The notes: a model not told the origin generated them from the letters alone. A stretch of DNA of 64,000 nt from an uncultured Anaerolineaceae bacterium (GCA_964572455.1 CAZNFL010000004.1:3970-67969); one strand, 5' to 3'; counted from the first letter of the stretch, positions 7,502 through 16,682 are shown. Made by a program: numbers and translations.

Positions 7502-9082
7502 TTAGTTATTGGCTGATTCTGTAGCATCCACTTGCGGGGTAGGCAGGGCCACGAACGGTGCCTGCGAAACGATGGCACTGGCTGCATCCGAGCAGGTGCA
7601 GGCCCGCACCACGTGGCCTTGGCGGGCCAACAGCCCGGCATAGGCCTCGCTGCCCTCCTGCGCCGTCCAATCTTCCATCACGAAAGGCAGCGCCCCAGCC
7701 GCCTCGACCCATTCCCCGTTGTATTTGCGCGCCACGTGAACATGGGAGCCGGTGGAGGAGCCGCCCTCGCAGGAGGGATGGCCTACCGGCTGGCCTGCCA
7801 GCAGTTGGGCGCCAAATTGCGCCCGTTCTTGTTTGGCTATGTGCAAATAAAACAGCACCCAGCCCGTGCGTTCGTCGCCGTCCCCGTCCAGATCCAAGAC
7901 CACGGTACCTACATCTGTGCGCACCACTGTGCCGTCCGCCATGGCAGTCGCCCAATGGTCGGAGGTCAGGCAGCCGCGTTTTTCCCCGGGGGCAAAATCC
8001 AGAGCCGCCCAAGGCTCACCCTGGCCCCATCCCGTGTGCGGGCCGCCGGTAAGCGCCCAGGCTTCTCCGGGCGGAAACGGCAGGCGCAGCTCCGGTTGCT
8101 CCAGGCTGCCCTGGATGTGAGGGATGTCGTTAGCCCAAGGGTTGCCGAACAGCGTCGCAAAGGTGAGGGCAAGACCTTCCGGCCCAATGGCGCTATCAAA
8201 GTTAGCGGCTGGCTCGGTGGTGTTGAAGAAAACCTGCAAAGATACCGAGGCGGCGTTTTGCCAGGGATCCGGCCGAAAGATGATCCCATCCGGCCGCTCG
8301 AACTCGATCAGTTTGCCATTGCGCCACTGGTAGTAGCCATTGTTGAGCTGGTTGGCCGCCCACACCAATTGCAAATAGACGCCTGGATTTCGATAGCTTT
8401 CGTGCCCCATGGGGTAAGTGCTCTTTGAGTCATCCAGCACTGGCTGGCTGAGCGCACCCGCTTGATACTCCAGAAGCGCCAGCAGCAGGCGCGGGCTGAC
8501 GCTGAAATTAGTGGCCACCAGGTCCACCAGTCCGGCGCCGGTACGCGTTCGGCCAGAAGCGTATGCGCGATAGTTCTTTAGCCAGCCGTCATGGGCGTCT
8601 ACGAAGGCCTGCGTATCGAAGTCAACCGCGGCGGGGCCGTTGACGAAGAGGCTGTCTGGGATGATCGCATAAGCTGATCCCCAAAAGGCGCGGTAATAGA
8701 TGGGGATGAGCATGGGCAGGCCGGGCGGCAGGGTCGTGGCGCTCTGGGGGATAATGGGATTGGCTTCAAGGATCTCGGCAATGCTGGTGTTGAAGCGCGC
8801 CGCCAACCCGATGAGGGTGTCTCCGGTCTGGGCGATATAGTCCACCAGTTGCCCGGGGTCGTAAAGCGGCCTGGCGGGTAAAGGGGTGGAGGTGATCACC
8901 GGCTGCGTCGCCGCCAGGCTGGGTGTGGCGATGGGTTCCTGCGAAATTACAGGTGAAGTAGGTGCGCAGGCGGAAAGGAACAAGGCAAGGGCGAGCAAGA
9001 CCATTGCGGACTGGCTTGAAGCTGAGCGGACCATCGCAACGATTATACGGACTCGAATGGAAACAAGCTGGAATATCGGCAT
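7502..9082 (-). CDS. secreted LysM-domain + M23A (LasA/beta-lytic protease-like) metallopeptidase, paralogue 1
   Basis: Lipobox LFLSAC (alternative ATG at 9034). LysM YIAQTGDTLIGLAARF. H-x12-D (GGPHTGWGQGEPWAALD). CEGGSSTGSHVH. Confidence 0.8.
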   Translation of the reverse strand: MPIFQLVSIRVRIIVAMVRSASSQSAMVLLALALFLSACAPTSPVISQEPIATPSLAATQPVITSTPLPARPLYDPGQLVDYIAQTGDTLIGLAARFNTSIAEILEANPIIPQSATTLPPGLPMLIPIYYRAFWGSAYAIIPDSLFVNGPAAVDFDTQAFVDAHDGWLKNYRAYASGRTRTGAGLVDLVATNFSVSPRLLLALLEYQAGALSQPVLDDSKSTYPMGHESYRNPGVYLQLVWAANQLNNGYYQWRNGKLIEFERPDGIIFRPDPWQNAASVSLQVFFNTTEPAANFDSAIGPEGLALTFATLFGNPWANDIPHIQGSLEQPELRLPFPPGEAWALTGGPHTGWGQGEPWAALDFAPGEKRGCLTSDHWATAMADGTVVRTDVGTVVLDLDGDGDERTGWVLFYLHIAKQERAQFGAQLLAGQPVGHPSCEGGSSTGSHVHVARKYNGEWVEAAGALPFVMEDWTAQEGSEAYAGLLARQGHVVRACTCSDAASAIVSQAPFVALPTPQVDATESANN

Positions 9083-9116
9083 TTCTTAGCTGGGACTCAG
9101 AAGAAAAAAAAGTAGG

Positions 9117-10613
9117 TCAGCGCGAGATCAGGAAATCGCCAAAGGCAGCGATGGCCTGGTCGAGGGTGGCTTCGAGCTCCTCATAGCTGGCCTCGTTTTT
9201 TCCCACGCCATGCAAGCTAAACATGTAAACATCGCCGTCGGGAAGCTCGATCAGGCCGCTATCCGCCACGACCCGCGGCCACACCACCAGGGAGCCGCGC
9301 TTGTTATAGATGATCGTCTTTGCCGGCAGGCGCGGCCGAAGCAGCCCCAGGCGCGTCTCGTCGCTCGGCGTATAAGCGGACAGCAAAGCCAGGATCTGGG
9401 CGCGGGCCTGGGACGAGACCCAGGCGCCGGCAAACAGAGCTTCGAACGTGACACTGAGCTCGGTGGCGGAGCTGCGGCGCGGGTCTATCTTTGTCTTCTG
9501 CAGCCCCCAACCAAGCCAGAGTTCATCCAACCACGCTTTCCCCAGGAAGTTCGTCAGGGTCTCGGTGGCTTCCTCTTCCGAATCGACGAGCATGGCTTGC
9601 AGCAATTGAGTATAGGTGCGCCCGCCGACCCCGTGTGAATCCAAATAGGAAGTCCAATCGGAGATGCTTTGCGCTTCCAACCAATGATAGAAGCCAAGCG
9701 CGATTGGCACCTTAATGGTGGACGCGGGGTGGAAGACAGCGTAGGGGTTGAATTGATAGAGCAGGGGCCCATCTATTTGCTGGATAGAAGCGTGCCACTT
9801 TCCGGCTGCAGTAAGCAGCAGCCCATCTAGGACGGCGCGTAGCTGCTGGCTGGCGGTGTCGCTGGGAAAAACCAGGCTGGTGCTATCTTTCACCCGCCAG
9901 ATGCGGAAGCCGCCTTTGCCGGTATTGCCCATTTGATTGCGCAGGCTGCGGTTGCCCCAGTTGGCTAACTGTCCGACTCCCGCTTGGTGTGGGTCGTAGA
10001 GCAGGCGCTCTTCGATGATGGTGCCGGTGGCGATGAAAAAATTGGAGACGGTGAAAGCGCGCCCGGCCTCGTCCACCCGGGTGACCACCAGCAGATGCTC
10101 AAAGGTGTCGCCCGGGGCGGCGTGCAAATAGACCAGGTCGCCGGCCAGCAGAGGGAAGGCGCTAAAGTCAAAAGTGGAAATCGGCTCCTCGAATTGAAGC
10201 CAATCGTAAAGATCGGCGGGGAAGGTATCATCCAGTGGAAGCAACGAAACCCGCGGGTTGAGCAGCCAAAAGTCGTGTGGCTTAGCCCAGCGGCCGAGCA
10301 ATCCCGCGCTTTGCAGGATAGCGATGGCCAAAGGGCCGCACATGGTGGAAGCATCTTCGTTGCGCCCTTCAATGAAATCAATGTCCAGGGCCACCTGGCG
10401 GGCGGAGTCAAGCTCGGGGGCGATGAAAGTGTGCGCCGCGACTTCCAGGCTTAACCGTTGGGCTGCTGTCAAGGGGCCAAGAGCCGCCACCGGTGGTGGC
10501 GGGCAGGCTGTTGCCGCGGTGTGCTGCAGCCAGCGGGGTGGAATGCCGAACGTGAAGGCTCCCAGCGAGGCTAGCTTTAGGAAGTCGCGCCGGGAAAATA
10601 AACGCTTATTCAT
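9117..10613 (-). CDS. Tat-exported two-domain protein: possible Cys-peptidase-like N-domain + class-A beta-lactamase-fold serine hydrolase C-domain
   Basis: 498 aa. Twin-arginine signal SRRDFLK. N-domain has STMCGPLAIA ... FEHLLVV. C-domain has SxxK (ASTIK) and a K-x-G-like NKRGS. The start overlaps the upstream gene by 8 nt. Confidence 0.6.
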   Translation of the reverse strand: MNKRLFSRRDFLKLASLGAFTFGIPPRWLQHTAATACPPPPVAALGPLTAAQRLSLEVAAHTFIAPELDSARQVALDIDFIEGRNEDASTMCGPLAIAILQSAGLLGRWAKPHDFWLLNPRVSLLPLDDTFPADLYDWLQFEEPISTFDFSAFPLLAGDLVYLHAAPGDTFEHLLVVTRVDEAGRAFTVSNFFIATGTIIEERLLYDPHQAGVGQLANWGNRSLRNQMGNTGKGGFRIWRVKDSTSLVFPSDTASQQLRAVLDGLLLTAAGKWHASIQQIDGPLLYQFNPYAVFHPASTIKVPIALGFYHWLEAQSISDWTSYLDSHGVGGRTYTQLLQAMLVDSEEEATETLTNFLGKAWLDELWLGWGLQKTKIDPRRSSATELSVTFEALFAGAWVSSQARAQILALLSAYTPSDETRLGLLRPRLPAKTIIYNKRGSLVVWPRVVADSGLIELPDGDVYMFSLHGVGKNEASYEELEATLDQAIAAFGDFLISR

Positions 10614-11550
10614 TTTCTTCTAGCTGCGACCAGATCGAATCGAGGACCTGCAGTGCGGTGAGGTTTCGATTTGGCCAGCCGGCGCGCAGGTCGACCGCGT
10701 TGGCAAAGTCATTAGGCGCCCAGGTGAGGTGGGCGCCGTCTTCCTGCAGGCCGCCGTTAGGCAGGTCCTGCATGGCGCGCCACAGGTTCCAGAAGGGCAG
10801 TTCATATTCGAGCGCCAGGGAATACAGGATGCGGTTGAGGCTGTGATCGCCTTCCAGGTTATCCGGCTTGCTGGCGATCACCGGCAATATGCCCTGGTCA
10901 ATGGTGTATTCGATGATCTTGCGCATGGCGCCTTCGAATTCAGCCACGCGATATTTGTCATTGGTACCCACCATGATCAGCGCCAGGCTGGGGTTGTTGA
11001 GCCTGAATTCGCAGGACAGCGGATGCTCGCCCGGCTCGCACAACGCCGGGTCGGCGCGGATGCTGGAGAGGATGGAGGCGGCGTTGAAGCCATTGTGCAC
11101 CGCCTGGCTAGTGCGGTTGTAGGAGCCGGAATAGAAATCTATAACGCCTTGCAAAGAGGAATAATCGCCCAAGCTGTAATCGCCCAGGTCGAACGGCCCC
11201 AGGAACCAGGAGGGCGTTCCGCCGCAATCACCGACCTTGGAGAAGGCGTGTGGGTTACGGCCTAAGGCTAAGCCTTGGGCGTAAATGTCCCGGGCGCGCC
11301 GGCTGAGCGCCTCTGGGACCACCGGTGCGGCCTTCCAAGCGTCCGCTTCCGGCGTGACGAACGGGGTGGCGCTGGGCTGCGGGCTGGCGGTCGGCGTTGG
11401 GGAGGCCATAGGCGACGCGGGTGCTATTGTTGGGGCGGAGGTTTGGGTGGCGGTGGCGAACGCGGGCTGTGGGCCGCAGGCGGCGAGCAGGCCGAGCGTG
11501 AAGGCGAGGAGGACCAGGAAAACCGTTTGCGGAAAAGTCATGAGAAGCAT
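10606..11550 (-). CDS. lipoprotein, SGNH/GDSL-hydrolase-like with GDC in place of GDS, paralogue 1
   Basis: 314 aa. Lipobox LLAAC. Block I FSKVGDCGG, block III MVGTNDKY, block V EDGAHLT. Confidence 0.55.
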   Translation of the reverse strand: MLLMTFPQTVFLVLLAFTLGLLAACGPQPAFATATQTSAPTIAPASPMASPTPTASPQPSATPFVTPEADAWKAAPVVPEALSRRARDIYAQGLALGRNPHAFSKVGDCGGTPSWFLGPFDLGDYSLGDYSSLQGVIDFYSGSYNRTSQAVHNGFNAASILSSIRADPALCEPGEHPLSCEFRLNNPSLALIMVGTNDKYRVAEFEGAMRKIIEYTIDQGILPVIASKPDNLEGDHSLNRILYSLALEYELPFWNLWRAMQDLPNGGLQEDGAHLTWAPNDFANAVDLRAGWPNRNLTALQVLDSIWSQLEENE

Positions 11551-11749
11551 GCGATTTTATCCTTAGATTCGCCTGTCCAACTGGTTGACAGCCTGTCCCA
11601 ATTTTCTATTCCAGACAGCATCCATGCTTAAATGATGATCCGGATCGACCTGCGCATCCTTGCCTCCTCCAAGATGATAGAAAGCCGTGTATCGCACTAT
11701 CAAGTATCAACTTTTGCCAGCCCAGCGAGAGTTCCGTTCCGAATACCTT

Positions 11750-11758
11750 CTTGTCAAG
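11750..11758. promoter_or_regulatory. 9-bp palindrome CTTGTCAAG (near-copy CTTGTCAAC at 11813-11821)
   Basis: Lies in the divergent control region between 11550(-) and 11897(+). The same 9-mer occurs at 50253, 55898 and 55966. Confidence 0.35.
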
Positions 11759-11896
11759 TTACCAGCAAGCCGTGTCTCGCGTTGGTTACTTGTTTCTTGG
11801 AAGACCCTGGCACTTGTCAACATGTAACGATGCTGTGTCTCGATGTTACATTACAACTTGGCCATCCAGCTGGGGACATGGGGAAAAACGGATACA

Positions 11897-12310
11897 ATGA
11901 CTCCCGCCATGAAAACCCAAACGCTAACTAAATTTCAATTGGTCATTGTCGCCTCCCTAGGCTTGCTGCTGGCCGCTTGCAGCCAGGGGGGCAGTTCGCC
12001 GGCCACCGTAGTGGAGGAGTACCTGGCTGCCCTGGTGGCGCGGGATGACGTGGCGGCGGTCAACCTGTCGTGCGCGGCCTGGGAGGCCAACGCCGAGGTG
12101 GAAGGCGCGTCTTTTGAAGGCGTGGAAGTCACGCTTGAGGATGTGGCTTGCACGGTAACGGAAGAAAGCGGGGAGACCGCCACGGTTTCCTGCACGGGGC
12201 TGATCGTGTTCAGCTATGCCGGCGGCGAAAACGAGCAAATCGACCTGAGTTCGCGCAATTACAGCGTGGTGCTTGAGGGCGGCGAATGGCGCATGTGTGG
12301 TTATAAATAA
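11897..12310 (+). CDS. small lipoprotein, function unknown
   Basis: Lipobox LLLAACSQ after MTPAMKTQTLTKFQLVIVASLG. The track start at 11843 lies inside an upstream hairpin, so ATG 11897 or 11909 is preferred. Confidence 0.6.
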   Translation: MTPAMKTQTLTKFQLVIVASLGLLLAACSQGGSSPATVVEEYLAALVARDDVAAVNLSCAAWEANAEVEGASFEGVEVTLEDVACTVTEESGETATVSCTGLIVFSYAGGENEQIDLSSRNYSVVLEGGEWRMCGYK

Positions 12311-12340
12311 GAATTTGCTATTCGTCAATTGTGACTGGTT

Positions 12341-13294
12341 GTGAGGCCGATCAATTTCGTATTTAGTTCGATAATTATCGCCGCCATCTGCACGGGCTGC
12401 CTGGCCGCTGCGGCCAGCGGGCTGGAGCCAGCTGCGGGCAGTGGACTTGCGTCTATCGAAGTCTCCACCCAAGCCGACCCGAGCCCGACATTGCAGGCTT
12501 TGATTCCCGCTCTGCAAGTGGACGTGGAGAAAGCGGACCCGACTCTCGCCCCAGCCAACTGGCAGGATTACCCGGTGGTGCCGCAACTCTCTCCGAGAGC
12601 CATTGAGATCTACCAGCAAGGTTTGCTGGTGGGCAACGACCCCCATCACTTTTCAAAGATCGGGGATTGCCAAAATATCACCACGTACTTCCTGAGCGCA
12701 TTCGAGGACCCGGATCTTTACACCCTGGGCGCAGATTACGCCGACCTGCAAGCCACCATCGATTGGTATTTCGGCTCTTTCTCGCGCGAAAGCCTGGCGG
12801 TAGCCGGCGGCCTCAACGTGGCGGCCGTGCTTTCGCCTGTCCGTGCTAACCGAGAGTTGTGTGAGCCGACCGAAAACTCGCTGGACTGCGAAGTGAGAGT
12901 CTACAATCCCAGCGTAGCCCTGGTGAGCTTCGAAGAAAATTGGAGCCAAAGCAGCCCTGAAGAATACGAAAAGCACCTGCGCACCATCATCGAATCCCTG
13001 ATCGCCGAGGGCGTGCTGCCCATCCTGGCCACCAAGGCGGACAACCTGGAGGGCGACCAGAGCATCAATGCCACCATCGCCAAACTGGCCACCGAGTACG
13101 AGATCCCGCTATGGAATTTTTGGCTGGCGGTGCAGCCTTTGCCCAGCCACGGGCTGCACGCGGACGGCTTTCACCTGACGCTGGCGGGCTCGCACTTCGA
13201 TGACCTGCTGCGCATGAAAAAGGCCTGGCCGTGGAGAAACTTGACCGCGCTGCAGGCGTTGGAAGCGGTGCGCTTAGGTGTATTGGGGGAATAA
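12341..13294 (+). CDS. SGNH-like protein with GDC motif, paralogue 2
   Basis: 317 aa, GTG start. FSKIGDCQN and ADGFHLT retained. Block III is degenerate (SFEENW). Collinear similarity to 10606..11550. Confidence 0.55.
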   Translation: MRPINFVFSSIIIAAICTGCLAAAASGLEPAAGSGLASIEVSTQADPSPTLQALIPALQVDVEKADPTLAPANWQDYPVVPQLSPRAIEIYQQGLLVGNDPHHFSKIGDCQNITTYFLSAFEDPDLYTLGADYADLQATIDWYFGSFSRESLAVAGGLNVAAVLSPVRANRELCEPTENSLDCEVRVYNPSVALVSFEENWSQSSPEEYEKHLRTIIESLIAEGVLPILATKADNLEGDQSINATIAKLATEYEIPLWNFWLAVQPLPSHGLHADGFHLTLAGSHFDDLLRMKKAWPWRNLTALQALEAVRLGVLGE

Positions 13295-13331
13295 CAATCG
13301 ATTAATCGATTAGTCAATTATTCGATTAGTC
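13294..13331. repeat. tandem array of palindromic octamer GATTAATC (about 5 units)
   Basis: (ac)AATC GATTAATC GATTAGTC AATTATTC GATTAGTC. Starts at the stop codon of 12341..13294, between convergent genes. Confidence 0.75.
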
Positions 13332-13354
13332 AAAAGACCTAATCCCGCGTAAAT

Positions 13355-14929
13355 TTAATACGGATCGTTGCTGGAGAGGGCGATGCGGGCGCCCACATTG
13401 CTGCAGGTGCAAGCCGTGACGACGGCGTCATCTCGCACTAAGGTCCCTAAATAAGGCGCGGCGCCGTTTTGCACCACCCAGCCGCTTAATTCAAAGGGGA
13501 TGGGGCCGCCGGCGCTGATCCACTCCCCATTGTATTTGCGGGCGATGTGTAAGTGGGTGGCCGTGGCGTTGCCGCCCTCGCAAGAGGGGTTGCCCAGGCG
13601 TTCGCCTTGATCCACCCAATCCCCCGTGCGGATGTGATCTTTGTTGGTGACATGCAAATATAGGATCACCCAACCGGTTTGCTCGTACCCATCTCCATCC
13701 ATGTCCACCACGATCAGCCCCGTGTCCGTGCGCACCACCAGGCCGGACGCCATGGCGGTGACCCAGGCGTCCGACGGCACACAGCCGGGGAGGCTGCTGC
13801 CTGGCGCAAAGTCCAGGGCGGCCAGGGCGCCTTCACGCGCCCAAGCGCCGTGTGGCCCGGAGGTGAAAGCCCAAAGCTGGCCAGAGCGGAAGGGCAGCCG
13901 CATGCTGGGCTGGGTCATTTCGGGGGGGAAGAGGGGCTCGACTTCGGCGGCGCGCACCCAAGGGTCAGGGAACATGCCCTTGCCATGGGTGAAAGCAAAG
14001 CCAAAATCCGGATCCATCTTTTCGAGCCAGGTATCGTGCGTGTAAAGCTGGCTGAAGAAATATTGCACCGCTACAGTGCCAGCGTTTAGGTCTGGTGCCA
14101 GGTGCAGAGTGCGACCGTCGGGGAAGACCAATTCCGTCAGACGACCTTCCCGCCAGCCGTAATAGCCTATCGTAAGCTCCCTCGCAGCCCAGGAAAGTTG
14201 CTTGTAAAGGCCTTTCTCCAGGGGATTGATAAATCCCAAAGGGTAATCCAGGTTGTTTTCCGGCAGGGGTTCGCCCAACACCCAATTGCTCTGTTCTTGG
14301 AGTACGGCCAGGAGCAGCCGGGGGTTTAGTGAATGTTCGTAGGCCACGCGGTCAATAATGCGCGCCCCACTAAACCAATCAGAGGGCAGATATTCGCGGT
14401 AGCTCGCCAGGTAGCCTCCCATTTGGCCCACGTAGCTGGCGCTGCTGAAACCGATCGTCGAGCGGGAATAGACCACTTCGCTATCCGGCAGCAAGCGATC
14501 GCTGGGTCCGATATCGCCTAAGACAGAAGGGATGCTGAGGATCTGCCCGGCATCGATCAGCCCGATAGAAATATCTTGCGGGGAGGCGATCTGTTCTGGG
14601 TTTACACCGAAGCGGATGGCCACAGAGGCCAACGTGTCACCCGATTGAGCCACATACACTGAGGGCGGCGCAGCCGTGGGCGATTGGGCCGACGTGGGGC
14701 TGGCCACCACAGTGGGTAAAAAAGTGGGCGTGGCAAAATCTGGCAATGGCGTTGAGTTGGGGATCAGCAGCGCATACAACGCGGTAGCAGATGCGCTCAG
14801 GTTCTGCTCAACCTGCTCGGTCTCCGCCAGGCTGCCTGGGGTAATGTAGTCAGTGCTGCATACCGCGGTGACGAAGGCGACCAAAAAAATGCAGCAGGTT
14901 AATCGTAAGGATCGAGAAAAATTCATCAA
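13355..14929 (-). CDS. secreted LysM + M23A (LasA-like) metallopeptidase, paralogue 2
   Basis: 524 aa. LysM YVAQSGDTLASVAIRF. SGPHGAWAREGALAALD. CEGGNATATHLH. Immediately follows paralogue 3. Confidence 0.8.
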   Translation of the reverse strand: MMNFSRSLRLTCCIFLVAFVTAVCSTDYITPGSLAETEQVEQNLSASATALYALLIPNSTPLPDFATPTFLPTVVASPTSAQSPTAAPPSVYVAQSGDTLASVAIRFGVNPEQIASPQDISIGLIDAGQILSIPSVLGDIGPSDRLLPDSEVVYSRSTIGFSSASYVGQMGGYLASYREYLPSDWFSGARIIDRVAYEHSLNPRLLLAVLQEQSNWVLGEPLPENNLDYPLGFINPLEKGLYKQLSWAARELTIGYYGWREGRLTELVFPDGRTLHLAPDLNAGTVAVQYFFSQLYTHDTWLEKMDPDFGFAFTHGKGMFPDPWVRAAEVEPLFPPEMTQPSMRLPFRSGQLWAFTSGPHGAWAREGALAALDFAPGSSLPGCVPSDAWVTAMASGLVVRTDTGLIVVDMDGDGYEQTGWVILYLHVTNKDHIRTGDWVDQGERLGNPSCEGGNATATHLHIARKYNGEWISAGGPIPFELSGWVVQNGAAPYLGTLVRDDAVVTACTCSNVGARIALSSNDPY

Positions 14930-16447
14930 TTATCGTTGGAGCATATTGGAGGGGTCGCGGCATTCGCAGGCTTCCACACTTAACCCGTCGCGCTGCATCA
15001 CGCCGTCATATATGATGCCATTACTGGTGGAGACCCAGCCATCGAGCACGAAAGGCAACCCGCCTGAGGCCGGGATCCATTCCCCATTATATCGGCGGGC
15101 CAAATGCAGATGGGTGGCGTTAGCCACACCACCTTCGCATGAAGGATGCCCAATGCGTTCGCCGGCCCGCACCGTGTGGCCGGCTTGCACGCGTTCTTCG
15201 GCAGCGATGTGCATGTAGAGAATCGTCCAGCCGGTTTGCTCGTATCCGTCGCCATCCAGGTCCTGTACCACGGCGCCGTTATCGGCGCGGGCGATGAGGC
15301 CATCCGCGGCGGCCACCACCCAATCTGTGCTCTGGTTGCAGCCCAGCATGTCTCCGCGCGGGGCGAAATCTAGCGCAGCCCAGGCAGAGCCGGTTCCCCA
15401 GCCGCCGTGCGGCCCACCGCTGAAGACCCAGGGCACGCCGTTCTCGAAGGGGAGCTGCATGCTTGGCTGCGCCAGATCGCCGGGCAGCAGTGGGTCGAAG
15501 GCAAAATCAAAGGGATAGCCGAACAGCCGGTTGTAGATGGCGAAGACGCCGCCCTCGGAAACGGCGTGGCGCCATTGGTCTTGCGGGTAGAGCAAAGAAA
15601 ATAAATATTGCATCCCGGCTGTGCCGGGGTTGATGGTGGGGGCGGCGGGGACAAAGCTGGCGTCGGTTAATTTCCAACCGGATGTCGCCCCGTTTTTCCA
15701 ATCGTAGTAGCCTTTGTTCAAGTTATCAGCCGCCCACGAAAGCTGGCGATAGAGCCCGCTGCGCCAGGAGTCGGTGACTCCCATGGCGAACTCGAGAGTG
15801 CTGCTGCGCGGATTGGGATCGCTTAGCCAGCCGCTCTGATATTCCAGAACGACCAGCAGCAATTTTGGATTCACTGAATATTCGCTGGCGACGCGCTGCA
15901 CGATCTGGGCGCCGTTCAAAAAGCTTTGGTCAACTTCTTCGCGGTGCTGTTTCAGGTAGCCGGGCTGCGCATCGATGAAAGCTGCCACGTCGAAGAACAA
16001 CGCAACCGGGCTGTTCACCAATTCGGAGTCGGGGATGATCTTGAAATCAGGCCCGACGGCGGCCGGGGAAAGAGGAGGGATAAGCAGCACTTGGCCCACT
16101 TCAAGCTGGTTGGGGTCAACCAGGCTGTTGGCAGCGATCAATTCCTCCAGGGTCACCCCAAATTTCAGCGCGATCGAACTGAGGAAATCGTAGGGCTGCA
16201 CCTGGTATTCGATGTAGTCGCCGCGCAGGGTGGGCAGGCTGTGAGCGCTGTCTGGGGTGGGCGAGACCACTGGCAGGTTTGGGTCGCGGGTGGGCGGCAG
16301 GGTGGGGGCCGGGATTGCCGCGCCCAGGGGGGTGTTTTCTGGGCTGGAGATCACGGGGGCAGGCGTAGCCCCGCCGACGGTCGTGGTGGGAAAATTGCAA
16401 GCCAGGATGGCGAATATCAGGACGAAAGGGGCAAGGGACTTACGCAT
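14930..16447 (-). CDS. secreted LysM + M23A (LasA-like) metallopeptidase, paralogue 3
   Basis: 505 aa. Lipobox AILAC. LysM YQVQPYDFLSSIALKF. GGPHGGWGTGSAWAALD. CEGGVANATHLH. Confidence 0.8.
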   Translation of the reverse strand: MRKSLAPFVLIFAILACNFPTTTVGGATPAPVISSPENTPLGAAIPAPTLPPTRDPNLPVVSPTPDSAHSLPTLRGDYIEYQVQPYDFLSSIALKFGVTLEELIAANSLVDPNQLEVGQVLLIPPLSPAAVGPDFKIIPDSELVNSPVALFFDVAAFIDAQPGYLKQHREEVDQSFLNGAQIVQRVASEYSVNPKLLLVVLEYQSGWLSDPNPRSSTLEFAMGVTDSWRSGLYRQLSWAADNLNKGYYDWKNGATSGWKLTDASFVPAAPTINPGTAGMQYLFSLLYPQDQWRHAVSEGGVFAIYNRLFGYPFDFAFDPLLPGDLAQPSMQLPFENGVPWVFSGGPHGGWGTGSAWAALDFAPRGDMLGCNQSTDWVVAAADGLIARADNGAVVQDLDGDGYEQTGWTILYMHIAAEERVQAGHTVRAGERIGHPSCEGGVANATHLHLARRYNGEWIPASGGLPFVLDGWVSTSNGIIYDGVMQRDGLSVEACECRDPSNMLQR

Positions 16448-16682
16448 AAGAGCGATCGATGGTCATTGATGACTGGTTGGTTATACAAAGGTTGCAAGGA
16501 ATAAGCCAGCCGTTTTCGTTAAGAATCCAACTTTGACTCAGGAGGTGCAACCGTCTACCTCTGCTGAACCTCCGCCCCAAATAGGGCATCTGCCCTTGGC
16601 TTTAAGGGACTTTGCCCCATGACGGGGCGGGCGTACTTGCTTACGATTGACTATATATCCTGCGCTGGTAAGGAGACGCCTT

